A stretch of 64,000 bases of DNA. Origin: an uncultured Candidatus Babeliaceae bacterium. GTDB taxonomy: Bacteria; Babelota; Babeliae; Babelales; Babelaceae. The notes below the pieces were generated by a model. That model did not search any database. It was not told the DNA's origin and was given only the letters and a program-made list of their open reading frames with translations. The stretch is from positions 384,001-448,000 of the forward strand of contig OY969927.1 of assembly GCA_963704655.1 (NCBI GenBank), read 5' to 3'. Below are positions 47,784 to 57,453 of this stretch, piece after piece; the first letter of the stretch is position 1; each line of letters starts with the position of its first letter. The position numbers and the translations under genes were made by a program.

Positions 47784-47925
47784 ACCTAATCCTTTAACCC
47801 GTCAATATGGTTCATCAATGCTATCTCTACAAGCACAAAAAAAGCCTTACTCATGTGATCTGCAAAAATAGTAAGCGTGCAATACGATACTATAACGTGA
47901 AAATAACATCACACTGCTATAAAAA

Positions 47926-48399
47926 TCAAGTTAAAATAGTCTCTAAAATAGAAACTAAATTTTTTGGAAATATAATCTCATTACTTGTTTTTAAATCATG
48001 AATATTCCACCAAAAACTTCCTGCTATTATCGATTTTTCTTCATCATTAAAATTGTCATGTGATATTATACTATCGTTAACACGCGCTAGAAAAAAATGC
48101 TCTTTAAAGAGTGTCAAAACGCCTCTTAAGATTAATTCATTTTCGCTATATAAAATCGGTACATGATTAAACTCAGCATCAATAATACCTGCTTCTTCAT
48201 AGAGCTCACGCCGCGCAGCAGCTAATAACGTCTCACCCTCTTCAACGCCGCCACCGGGAGTTATCCAAAAAGGAACAGTTCTTGAATATTTAGGATCAAC
48301 AACTATCGTGTTTGGTAAAACCTTAAGAAGGAAAATATGGTTTTTTTCATTTAAAAGTATAATGCGGGCAGTAAGCCGCTCCTGAATGCGAATGCTCAT
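47926..48399 (-). CDS. Nudix hydrolase
   Basis: Nudix box GGGVEEGETLLAAARRELYEEAG. Confidence 0.93.
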   Translation of the reverse strand: MSIRIQERLTARIILLNEKNHIFLLKVLPNTIVVDPKYSRTVPFWITPGGGVEEGETLLAAARRELYEEAGIIDAEFNHVPILYSENELILRGVLTLFKEHFFLARVNDSIISHDNFNDEEKSIIAGSFWWNIHDLKTSNEIIFPKNLVSILETILT

Positions 48400-48414
48400 A
48401 AAAAAACTTTCTTA

Positions 48415-48825
48415 TTAAATTTTATCTGCTTGTACTTGTATATTAAAAAAGTTGACTTTATGACCATCCCTTAAGGTGCTCATTTCAGTTGACGCCGGAT
48501 TACCATAGCGAACAACCAATACAGGTTGTTGTATTTTTTCATATTCATCCCCATCTTTTTTAAAGTGAATGCATACTTCAACAACAGCAGTTTCATCATC
48601 TATTGATGTCCATTTTGTCGCAATTTTCATTCTATCTTGATTATATTCGTCTACAAGCTCTCTTTTTATACTAGCAGACTCATCAATAATAAAAATGTGA
48701 TCACTGATAAAGTCTCCACATGGCTCATAGTTTTTAGAACTCACTTGAACTTGCACTTGAACACGCGCAAATGCACATGATGAAATGAAAAATAACCCGA
48801 GCTTAAAGAATTTAGTATTAATCAT
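48415..48825 (-). CDS. Hypothetical secreted protein
   Basis: Signal peptide ending AFA; beta-rich. Confidence 0.7.
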   Translation of the reverse strand: MINTKFFKLGLFFISSCAFARVQVQVQVSSKNYEPCGDFISDHIFIIDESASIKRELVDEYNQDRMKIATKWTSIDDETAVVEVCIHFKKDGDEYEKIQQPVLVVRYGNPASTEMSTLRDGHKVNFFNIQVQADKI

Positions 48826-49079
48826 AAAGAGCCTCTGCTGATTAAATAGAGAAAAAATTCCACACCATTATACCATTAGATAGATTGCAGATCAAAAGGT
48901 ATCTTTTCGCGAGAGATCTGCCAGATTTTAAAAAAAGCCTCTTTTGATCATCAAAGATAGTTGATAAATAGAATAGACACAAAGGGAAGCACCCAATATC
49001 TTGTTTATTTTACGAGCAAACTCAAAAGATTCTTTTTTATCATCTTCACTAATTTTTCTATTCGCTAATAGTTGTTTTC

Positions 49080-49802
49080 TTATTTTTTAAAAAACTTTAT
49101 GATATTTATCACCATTTTTTTGTTTGTGATAGATCTATATAATTGTTTAAAATAATTATGCTCTTGTGTCTCTGCATAAAGCTCTGCAACAAGATTCTGT
49201 ATACGTCCCTCTATTGAAGGAATAGTGTGCTCGTTTTCCAATTTTTTTAATTCTTGTGGGGAAATAGATACAACCTGAGCAATAGGACCTCTTTTTACTT
49301 TACGCAGCACCCTGCCAAATGAATGGATCATATCTGAAAAATTTTCTTGTGAACTTGAATAGGCCACAAAGCCGATTGGTTTATAAAACCACTGTTCCCA
49401 AAGCTTATCAATCGCATTTTTGATACCAGCTGGATAACCGTTGTTATAGTTTGGCACCAGAAATATGATAGCGTCTGATTCTACAACTTGGGAGCCCCAC
49501 TTTTTAACCAGAGGATCGTCAATTGGTTCTCTCGCTGGCAATTCGTCACCAGCAATGAATGAAAAGCCTAAATTGCTCACGTCAACTAAAAATATCGATA
49601 ATCTGTTATTTTCGACGGCAACTTCTTCAATTAATTGAATTAATTTTTTCAAAGCAGAGTCAGGCTCTATCCGCTCAGAAACAACAAGAATTTTTTTTAT
49701 TGCACTCCGCTTTAATACAAATAATGTATAATCATAGGCAAGATATGCAAAAGGTATTCCTAAAATAAAAAATAAAATTAAAATGATTTTTTTCATAGTC
49801 AA
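49080..49802 (-). CDS. NADPH-dependent FMN reductase-like protein with N-terminal TM (degenerate FMN loop)
   Basis: DAIIFLVPNYNNGYPAGIKNAID, KPIGFVAYS. Confidence 0.8.
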   Translation of the reverse strand: MTMKKIILILFFILGIPFAYLAYDYTLFVLKRSAIKKILVVSERIEPDSALKKLIQLIEEVAVENNRLSIFLVDVSNLGFSFIAGDELPAREPIDDPLVKKWGSQVVESDAIIFLVPNYNNGYPAGIKNAIDKLWEQWFYKPIGFVAYSSSQENFSDMIHSFGRVLRKVKRGPIAQVVSISPQELKKLENEHTIPSIEGRIQNLVAELYAETQEHNYFKQLYRSITNKKMVINIIKFFKK

Positions 49803-49805
49803 TTC

Positions 49806-50417
49806 TTAATTTTTTATTGCTTTACAGACTCGGTCAAGTAAGTTAGTGATGTCTTCTTTTGCTTCAGGCTTTTTAAAATCACCCGATTCGGTAAAAGCGC
49901 TATCTGCAATTCCAATTAAAATAGGATTATCAACAATCTTCATCTGCAGTGTTTTAAGAACCGGCTTCAGCGCATCGACAGCTTCCCAAGCAAAAGCAGC
50001 ATCACGCCCTGAATAAGCAATCAAAGCAACTGGTTTATTTTTAGCTGAAGAACCAAGTGCATCTATTCCATTTTTTAATATCCCGGAATATCCAGCATTA
50101 TAATTAGGCACCAAAAAGACAACTGCTAATGCCTGTTCAAATTTATTTCTCCACGCATTAATCCCAGGATCTGAATTTTCTTTATCCGGATTTACTAACG
50201 GTAAATTGTAATCTTGCAAATCAATAATTTCATATATTATCGATTTGTCGCCCATCTTCTGAATAATATGTGCAATTTTTCTTGATACACTATCTTTCCG
50301 GGCGCTGCCTAAAACTACTAATACGGTAGATTTATTTTCTAACATTATCGCATTAATGAAGGTTATCGAAAAAGCAACTAATAACCAAGAAATCATTACT
50401 TTAAAGTTATAAGCCAT
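49806..50417 (-). CDS. NADPH-dependent FMN reductase with signal peptide
   Basis: LGSARKDSVS, PNYNAGYSGILKNGID, KPVALIAYS. Confidence 0.88.
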   Translation of the reverse strand: MAYNFKVMISWLLVAFSITFINAIMLENKSTVLVVLGSARKDSVSRKIAHIIQKMGDKSIIYEIIDLQDYNLPLVNPDKENSDPGINAWRNKFEQALAVVFLVPNYNAGYSGILKNGIDALGSSAKNKPVALIAYSGRDAAFAWEAVDALKPVLKTLQMKIVDNPILIGIADSAFTESGDFKKPEAKEDITNLLDRVCKAIKN

Positions 50418-50461
50418 AATACTAAATTTCTAAACCAATTAAAAAAAAACTTTACAGACTC

Positions 50462-50490
50462 ATAATAGCAGTACTGCAGAATAATGTCAA
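50462..50490 (-). promoter_or_regulatory. sigma70-type promoter for the FMN reductase pair
   Basis: TTGACA-N17-TATTAT with extended -10 TG on the minus strand. Confidence 0.65.
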
Positions 50491-50733
50491 ATAGAATAAA
50501 GCAAGGTGGTTTTAGCGCTTACAGATTACCATAATCTTCTTTGTGCCCTCCTTCACTTTAAAGAGTTACTAGCCTACGTCAAGCTACGGCTGAGCAGGCG
50601 CCTAGGCAAGCCCTCTGCAAATAATGATGGTACAAAATTTATTTGTAGCTACTTATTTTATTTAAAAATTATTTTGGATATACACTTCGACTTTTGCTGC
50701 AGAATCATAAGCGAACACTTTAAAAAGCAGTTT

Positions 50734-51519
50734 TTATTTCGTAATGAGCGGTTCAATTTTAGCCAACAGAGGCGCAACAATGGGCGAAAAAACTTCATCC
50801 AATCTTCTGATATTTTCCTCATCAAAAAATCTTTGATCGCGAATATAAACATATGAGTCAAAGACATATTTGACTGTAATTGCCAACATCAACTCGTTAT
50901 TCAAAGTAAATACAGGGAAAAGACCAGTCTCTGAACGTCGCACGAAAGAAGAAATGTGAACAAATTGACATAATTTACCATAGTTTTTTGAATGCACTTT
51001 ATTATCAGGCAGTTTTTCAAACAATTTTTCAATATTGCAATTTCCTCTCCAACTTTCCATTGTAAGCAGCTCATCCTTGTTCTTTTTATTGAAAATTTCA
51101 AGAAGGTCGTCATTTAACTCAGCATATTTTTTAAAGTATTTTTCTAAAATCTCACTATTTAGATCAAGAACTGAATCCTCATGCCGATGATATATTTTGT
51201 AAAACTCAATTTCTGGAAATCGAATAAATCTTTCTAAATAACGTTTTTTGTTATTCTTATCTGAACTTATAAGAACTACTGTAGCAAATAACTCACTCAA
51301 AGCTCGTGTATGATGATTAGATGCAAAAAATGCACCCTCTCTAAAATCTGCTAAATAGCCTAACGACTCCTCATATAGCCGAAAAATCACCTCTTTAGCA
51401 AAAATACCCTCAGGTGAATTTAAAAAAACTATTTCTTGCTTATGTAATAACACACCTAATGTATCGATGACATTCTCGAATGCTAAAAACAACTCATTTT
51501 CTTTTAGATTTTTTTTCAT
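50734..51519 (-). CDS. Hypothetical helical protein (DUF5677-like)
   Basis: RALSE and YGKLCQFVH motifs; AT-rich. Confidence 0.55.
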   Translation of the reverse strand: MKKNLKENELFLAFENVIDTLGVLLHKQEIVFLNSPEGIFAKEVIFRLYEESLGYLADFREGAFFASNHHTRALSELFATVVLISSDKNNKKRYLERFIRFPEIEFYKIYHRHEDSVLDLNSEILEKYFKKYAELNDDLLEIFNKKNKDELLTMESWRGNCNIEKLFEKLPDNKVHSKNYGKLCQFVHISSFVRRSETGLFPVFTLNNELMLAITVKYVFDSYVYIRDQRFFDEENIRRLDEVFSPIVAPLLAKIEPLITK

Positions 51520-51589
51520 ATCTTTTTAATTTCCTATATCAAATTTGGATCATTTAATTGAATATTATAACTCAAAAAAATAGTATATA

Positions 51590-51624
51590 AAAAAAGAGGA
51601 CACAAAATTAATTGTATCCTCTTT
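51590..51624. terminator. Terminator homologous to 55698-55733
   Basis: AAAGAGGA(C)ACAA...TTGTATCCTCTTT hairpin. Confidence 0.65.
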
Positions 51625-52001
51625 ATATTTTTTTTGACTTCTGAACATATTCGCACCCTCGCCATAGCCTTGGCGACGGCTGGGAGCTGCCGATTTGAAT
51701 ATTAATTTATAATTTTAAGTATTTCGTTAAAGAAGATGGCCAGCCATACTACGCTAAAGCTTCGTATGGCTGAGCAGACTAGTTACACTTCGAACTTTTA
51801 ACTGGAAAAGTTTGCAACCTAGCCTAAAATTATTTAATCACGACAATTTGCTTTTGAAGGAAAGACAATTTTAATTAATTCTGTGGATAACAATACTCGG
51901 ATGCAATAAAGTTTATCATTGGCTCGCGACAGAGTGTTGCTTCGCAAAAAAATCTGCTCTTTTCATATAAGTCGCTCTTATACCTGTTGTATTTATCTAC
52001 T

Positions 52002-52226
52002 TTAAACATCTATTAACATACCTAATATTTTTTTGATCTTATAAAAAATAGCAATTATAGAACTTAAAACAATTAGCCCAAAAGTAATTAGAATTCTTTC
52101 GCTTAAGGCCCCAAGTTTTCTCTGTCTTCCAGATCTCGTTAATGGGATTCCTATGGTCCGAGAAATTTTCGCTAAGGCTGCAGAAATACCAAAAAATCGT
52201 CTCCATGAAAATCCGCCCTTATTCAT
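52002..52226 (-). CDS. Small basic membrane protein
   Basis: AAGGAAG RBS; MNKGGFSWRRFFGISAALAKISRTIGIPLTRSGRQRKLG plus TM. Confidence 0.7.
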   Translation of the reverse strand: MNKGGFSWRRFFGISAALAKISRTIGIPLTRSGRQRKLGALSERILITFGLIVLSSIIAIFYKIKKILGMLIDV

Positions 52227-52249
52227 CTCAGCTTCCTTTGAACCATAAG

Positions 52250-52759
52250 TTAAATTATTAAATACCAGTACAATGACAAAAGGCTTATAATTATCAACGG
52301 ACCTAAAAAGGATGGTATAAAGCAAAGTATTCTGGTGATCATTAAGGTCGATCTGCTAGCTCCTAGATGTGTTAAAGAATCAAGCAAAGAATTCACATCC
52401 GTATCGCTTGGCGAAGCATGCCACCCAAAAGAAATCCCTACCCACATAAGAAATCCCAGCAGCAAAGATGGTCCTGCTGACAAAACAAAAAAATATAAAA
52501 TGCCAGGTAAGATCAACATGATGCACAATGCGGTATTTATGATTAATGGGCCTAGACTAATCAAAAAAGCACTATGAATATTTTTTGATGGCTCGTGAAG
52601 CACGTAACCAACGGTATTGGTACCATCCAATTTAAAATAACAGGCTTTATAGACTGAATGTTTTGTCACGTCACAAAAAAATCGATGTGCAAATTCGTGA
52701 AGAACTACCCCAGGAAACGTCAGTAAGGCTACTAGCTCTTTAGGAATATATATGAACAT
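52250..52759 (-). CDS. Membrane zinc metalloprotease-like protein (HExxH)
   Basis: PGVVLHEFAH, GYVLH, LGP, PSDTD; multiple TMs. Confidence 0.8.
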   Translation of the reverse strand: MFIYIPKELVALLTFPGVVLHEFAHRFFCDVTKHSVYKACYFKLDGTNTVGYVLHEPSKNIHSAFLISLGPLIINTALCIMLILPGILYFFVLSAGPSLLLGFLMWVGISFGWHASPSDTDVNSLLDSLTHLGASRSTLMITRILCFIPSFLGPLIIISLLSLYWYLII

Positions 52760-52760
52760 T

Positions 52761-53246
52761 TTATGACCCCTTGTCCGTAAAATAATCTTGCAATTCTTGC
52801 GGCATCGTCTTTTTTATATTTTTCCACTCTTCATCACTTAACCCATCAGCTACGCTCATTAGATGACTTAGACCTTTTTGATAATCGCCAAAATTTTCAT
52901 CCATAAATTCAGCTTTTACTGAACCAATGTGCGCAGTTCGAGAGTTTGGGAATTCTTTTAAAACTGCCGCGTAATTTCGCTTAGTCGATAAATAATCGCC
53001 ATTTTTAAAAGAAATTTGAGCAGCGCGAACAAGGCTTGCCCCTCTCAATAATTGTGGTAATAGTGATGTCGAATATAAAAATAACGCAATAGTAAAAAGA
53101 GCTATTAAATTTACCCACACAGGATAACTATGAGGCGATAGTGTTTCTGTATCTACTTCGGGCTCTTGTACTTCACCAATGTCGACTAAATTTTGATTAT
53201 CGTAATTCATATATATCATCCTGTATATTATTGCATCTCGGTCCAA
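52761..53246 (-). CDS. Membrane-anchored TPR-like protein
   Basis: TM followed by AQISFKNGDY...Y..VLKEFPNS..AH. Confidence 0.65.
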   Translation of the reverse strand: MDRDAIIYRMIYMNYDNQNLVDIGEVQEPEVDTETLSPHSYPVWVNLIALFTIALFLYSTSLLPQLLRGASLVRAAQISFKNGDYLSTKRNYAAVLKEFPNSRTAHIGSVKAEFMDENFGDYQKGLSHLMSVADGLSDEEWKNIKKTMPQELQDYFTDKGS

Positions 53247-54025
53247 AAGGAATCATCTGATAACATTTTTTCATCGATTAAGTTTTTGGAAATCATGTCA
53301 TGAACAAATTCTTTTTTATCTAACGCTTGTAACATCTCTTCTTTGTTTTTATCTGCTTTTGAAAGCTTTTCCATGGATATGTTTTCAATTTTTTCCCATA
53401 CCTTCTTTCCATAGAGGTAAATCATGCGTTCTTTTGTTTGAAGAACACAATTGGATAAATTGTTCTTTTCTGCCCAACAAAGATAATAAACAGCACTTAA
53501 ACACTCAGTGGCCATGCAGGATTCTATCCACTCAGCATAGATTAGATGCATTAAATAATACCCTGAGGAATAGCCTAATGAAGCGGATACGTCTGCAAAC
53601 CAAAGAATCAACCCTGCTGCTTCCTCTGAGTCCTCAGAATCTGCTTCACAGTTTTCATCATCCCTTAATTTTGCAAGTATTACCTGATTGCGTCCATTAA
53701 CTCTATTTTTAAAACTCATCGCACCTGATAAATAGGCGGCACAACGGTTTCCCGAAAGAGCCATTTGTATAATAATATCTGCGTCACCAATACCGTACAA
53801 CTGCGATAATTCACAAACCTCTTCTTCAATTATGGGCGTTAAGACCCCTGAATTTTTACCAGCATAAAGAGGTTTGCGCTCTATAAAAATGCTGCTGCTA
53901 GGCGCTTTAAAGAGCATTGCCAAGAATAGACTTATACCGCACATATAAATTGCGTAGATTAATTTATGCCATTTTATCTGCAAAAACGTTGTTTTTATCA
54001 AGTTCATCATGAGTAGCACCATCAA
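53228..54025 (-). CDS. Hypothetical membrane-anchored helical protein (Sel1-like traces)
   Basis: 265-aa ORF; ALSGN.AAY.L and WFADVSASLG patterns. Confidence 0.55.
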   Translation of the reverse strand: MMVLLMMNLIKTTFLQIKWHKLIYAIYMCGISLFLAMLFKAPSSSIFIERKPLYAGKNSGVLTPIIEEEVCELSQLYGIGDADIIIQMALSGNRCAAYLSGAMSFKNRVNGRNQVILAKLRDDENCEADSEDSEEAAGLILWFADVSASLGYSSGYYLMHLIYAEWIESCMATECLSAVYYLCWAEKNNLSNCVLQTKERMIYLYGKKVWEKIENISMEKLSKADKNKEEMLQALDKKEFVHDMISKNLIDEKMLSDDSFWTEMQ

Positions 54026-54039
54026 TTTGATTATTTTGA

Positions 54040-54234
54040 TTAATATTTATGCTTGCCTTCTAACTTCTCTTCTAGATAATTTAGATCAGCTCGCATTTCG
54101 TCAATCTGTTCTTCTTCCCACGATGAATAAACTTCAGAATGGTACGGCTTCGAAGATTTTTTTGTAGCTGCGAGCAATAAAATTCCCGCAAGTATTAGAT
54201 AAAAAACTTTGTTATTTTCCATCACGAATTCCAT
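54040..54234 (-). CDS. Small membrane protein
   Basis: Single TM plus short coiled coil. Confidence 0.55.
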   Translation of the reverse strand: MEFVMENNKVFYLILAGILLLAATKKSSKPYHSEVYSSWEEEQIDEMRADLNYLEEKLEGKHKY

Positions 54235-54446
54235 TTATTTTAATTATATTTATCATTAGCTATAACTAAGAGTTTTTTATAATATTCCCAAACCGCCTTT
54301 AAGTAACTTTTATTAAGCCTGCCTCTTGCCAGCAATAGGATCGGACCCAACAATAAAAACCATAAAACATAAAGACTTATTTAACAATACTTAATATTTC
54401 AGATTAGATTATTGCAAAAAATGTCAATTTGAACAATTTGAAGCCC

Positions 54447-54689
54447 TTATTTACTTTTCGCATAAGGATTAACAAACTTATAGCCATTGCTTGGCTTGAA
54501 ATAACCAGAGGCGCGCTTAGTTTTTATCTTCCCATTGACCGTACTTTTTTGACCATAGCCTGCATAAGGTGCTTTTTTTACGTAAGTCTTTGTGGAACCG
54601 AACCTGCGCGTTCTTGCGCCATAAACTTCATTAAAATTTACTAAAAATAACAATGCTGATAAAAAGATAAATATATTTTTTCTATACAT
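54447..54689 (-). CDS. Small secreted highly basic protein
   Basis: AGGA RBS, signal peptide, SGYFKPSNGYKFVNPYAKS. Confidence 0.65.
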   Translation of the reverse strand: MYRKNIFIFLSALLFLVNFNEVYGARTRRFGSTKTYVKKAPYAGYGQKSTVNGKIKTKRASGYFKPSNGYKFVNPYAKSK

Positions 54690-54713
54690 TAGTTTAATCC
54701 TAAACTACTTTAC

Positions 54714-55460
54714 TTAGGTATACATATATAGGTTTACAATCGGCCATTCGTGCGGATACATGCAAATCTTATCGAAGTCATCAACCTTGGAATATTCATC
54801 CCAATATTTCTCGATTTCTTTTTTAAATTTTTCTTCGATATTCGCTTTAAAGCCTTCTTTCTCTTTTTCAGTCACAAATGATTTAAACTTAATAACAATT
54901 TCACGAACTACATAACCAAATGTACTAACTTCTTTACGAATGCTAGCCAAAAGCTGTTGCAGCAAAAAGCTGTCATACGTTTTTCTATTGAGCCAGAGAT
55001 CCTCGGCCTTAGCAGATTCGTTACAATAATCAGATAATAATTGGGATAAATAAATTAATTTTTCAATGCCAATATCGGGATTTTTTGACTTGATATCTGC
55101 AAATTGCTCATGTATATCCTTGAATTGCAAATGTAAATCGCACATTTTTCTAATGCGAAAATAAGCAACATCCTTTTGTTCCTTCCATGTGCCATTTGGT
55201 ATAAGAATACTTTTATGAATGGCATTAAGGCGTCTGCCTATTTCATCTTGCGCTTCATAATAATCCTTAATAACCTCTACAAAAAACATTGTATTTGCTA
55301 ATACAGCCTTTGCATCTTCTTTATCAACTTTCTTGTGGAATGCGTATTTTATAAGTTGATTATCCTGAATGCGTTCCTTAAAAACAAAAATAGTTACTAC
55401 AAGCAAAATGCTCACTAATCCAAATAATAAATAACGTTTTATATTAATCTTCTCTTTCAT
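54714..55460 (-). CDS. Hypothetical membrane-anchored helical protein
   Basis: 248-aa ORF, N-terminal TM. Confidence 0.7.
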   Translation of the reverse strand: MKEKINIKRYLLFGLVSILLVVTIFVFKERIQDNQLIKYAFHKKVDKEDAKAVLANTMFFVEVIKDYYEAQDEIGRRLNAIHKSILIPNGTWKEQKDVAYFRIRKMCDLHLQFKDIHEQFADIKSKNPDIGIEKLIYLSQLLSDYCNESAKAEDLWLNRKTYDSFLLQQLLASIRKEVSTFGYVVREIVIKFKSFVTEKEKEGFKANIEEKFKKEIEKYWDEYSKVDDFDKICMYPHEWPIVNLYMYT

Positions 55461-55973
55461 ATCTTACATACCCTTATTAGTTTTAAATGCCTATATGTTT
55501 AATATTTACAAATATAGATATATATGTCAAATGGCGCGCCATATAGTGCATTAAAAGCGCTTATTTGTTATTTTCTATTTGAGACAAAATGATGGATTTA
55601 CGAGCAAATTCAACCATTAAATATAGCCAATACGCACTCTAGCAAGCGCTATTCAAAGCCTAATATCATAAAAAGGGATAAAGAGAATGTTTTTCTAAAA
55701 AAAATAGGATACAAACTTAATTGTATCCTATTTATAAACTTTAATACTGAATAAATAGCCTGCCACTTCGTGCTTCGAAGAACACTCAGGGTGAGCGGGA
55801 TGGTAATGAATGGCCGCATGGATGGAGCAAAACGCACTGATTTGACTTCGCTCACTACAGCCTGCCCGCCATAGCCTTGGCGACGGCTGGGAGCTGCCGA
55901 TTTGAATATTAATTTATAATTTTAGGTATTTCGTTAAAGAAGATGGCCTGCCATACGAAGCTTTAGCGTAGTA

Positions 55974-56048
55974 TGGCTGGGGCGGAAGGATTCGAACCTC
56001 CGGATGCCAGGACCAAAACCTGGTGCCTTACCGCTTGGCGACGCCCCA
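55974..56048 (-). tRNA. tRNA-Gln(TTG), CCA encoded
   Basis: TGGGGCG/CGCCCCA acceptor stem, CCAGG-TT-TTG-GT-CCTGG anticodon arm, GGTTCGAATCC T-arm. Confidence 0.97.
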
Positions 56049-56091
56049 ACAAAATTTAGATGACTCTTGATTTTCGCTAACCCTTTATACC

Positions 56092-56130
56092 CGGCCTGCA
56101 TGGATTCGACTTCGCTCACCACGAGCGGCC
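56092..56130. repeat. REP-like element
   Basis: GGCCTGCATGGATTCGACTTCGCTCACCACGAGCGGCC. Confidence 0.65.
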
Positions 56131-56198
56131 TGGGAAAGTATTATTGAGCACTAGATTATCAAGATAACAGTGATCTGATTTCAATTGAATTTTTTGAA

Positions 56199-56489
56199 CT
56201 ATTCCTGGCCTTCTGCGTCTTGCGCGAAACCAAACTGAACAGCTTTATTATACTCTAAAATAACTGAATCTTCAATCATTTTTCGCATTTCTGAATTCAA
56301 AGGATGAACTATGTCTCTAAAAGTACCGTCTTTACGTCTTCTAGAGGGCATTGAAACAAATAAACCTTTGTTTCCTTCAATCACTTTGAGATCTCTCACG
56401 ATAAAACAATTTTCAAAGACAATTGTTGCATATGCTTTAAGTCTGCCACTCTCTTGAGCAGGATAGACTTTTACTTCTGTAATCTTCAT
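56199..56489 (-). CDS. spoVG: SpoVG family nucleic-acid-binding protein
   Basis: MKITEVKV...LKAYATIVF...GLFVSMPSRR...FRDIVHP. Confidence 0.96.
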   Translation of the reverse strand: MKITEVKVYPAQESGRLKAYATIVFENCFIVRDLKVIEGNKGLFVSMPSRRRKDGTFRDIVHPLNSEMRKMIEDSVILEYNKAVQFGFAQDAEGQE

Positions 56490-56580
56490 TACCAGTGGCC
56501 TTTTTTTGCGTAATTACTCTTATTGTGTGTAACAACTGACAATAGTTTACGATACTCGTAATCTTTGTCAACACCTTTTA

Positions 56581-57453
56581 TCAAATCTTCTGAGCTGCTC
56601 GCAGTTTAGCGCTGCGTGATGACGGATTTTGTGCTATTTCTGCGTCTGTTGGAACAATAACTTTAGGTGTCACTATCTCTAAAACACCAGTTTGCTCTTT
56701 AAATGCCTGTTTAACCAATCTATCTTCCAAAGAATGGAAGCTGATACAGACAATACGTCCACCAGGTTTTAATACAACAGGAGCTTGCTTTAACAGCCCT
56801 TCAATATGCTCTAATTCATGATTTACCACAATACGAAGCGCCTGAAAAACACGCGTTGCTGGATGCACCGCGGATTTGCTTCTGACAACCTTTTTAACAA
56901 TGTCTGCTAATTGAATCGTTGTAGTAATTTTTTGCTGAGAACGAGCCTCTACAATGGCGCGCGCAATCTGCTTACCAAAACGTTCTTCGCCATAGCGCCA
57001 AAAGATAGTTGCCAATTCAAGCTCACTTGCATTATTAACAATATCTGCTGCAGTAAGCATGCCATGGGCGGCTGACATGCGCATATCAAGGCGTTTGTCT
57101 CGAGCAAAACTAAAGCCTGCCTTATGCAAAATCTGATGACCAGAAGTGCCAAAGTCGGCCAAAATGCCATCAACTTCAGTTACCCCGATCTTTTTTAATG
57201 CTAAACGAAGCGTAACGAAGTTCGCCCAAATGAAGCGAATTCTATCGGGAAATTCTTGCTCAAGCGCATCACGATTATGCTCAAAGGCCTCAGGGTCAAC
57301 ATCCAAGGCGATTACTTTAACGGTTGGGTCAGCTTGCAATATCGCTCGACTATGACCGCCACCACCAAAGGTGCAGTCGACATAAAGGCCATGTGGCTTA
57401 AGGGCTAAATAATGTATAACCTCTTGGGTCATTACTGAAATATGATAGGTCAT
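56581..57453 (-). CDS. rsmH: 16S rRNA m4C1402 methyltransferase
   Basis: DCTFGGGGHS, LDMRM, YGEE, FQALRI.VN.EL, SFHSLEDR, SRSAKLR. Confidence 0.97.
   Translation of the reverse strand: MTYHISVMTQEVIHYLALKPHGLYVDCTFGGGGHSRAILQADPTVKVIALDVDPEAFEHNRDALEQEFPDRIRFIWANFVTLRLALKKIGVTEVDGILADFGTSGHQILHKAGFSFARDKRLDMRMSAAHGMLTAADIVNNASELELATIFWRYGEERFGKQIARAIVEARSQQKITTTIQLADIVKKVVRSKSAVHPATRVFQALRIVVNHELEHIEGLLKQAPVVLKPGGRIVCISFHSLEDRLVKQAFKEQTGVLEIVTPKVIVPTDAEIAQNPSSRSAKLRAAQKI

Larger units (their letters stand above)
51660..55979. mobile_element. Putative genomic island at the tRNA-Gln 3' end, bounded by 113-bp direct repeats (51660-51772 and 55867-55979)
   Basis: Near-identical repeats, one overlapping the tRNA CCA end; co-oriented hypothetical genes inside; no integrase. 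Confidence 0.7.

Noticed and set aside
50506-50867. ORFs 50506-50856 (+) and 50658-50867 (-), considered as recombinase remnants
   Set aside because: No recognisable catalytic motifs; they overlap a REP fragment and the 50734 gene
55649-56122. Short ORFs 55649-55855 and 55934-56122
   Set aside because: They overlap REP elements and the tRNA-Gln gene
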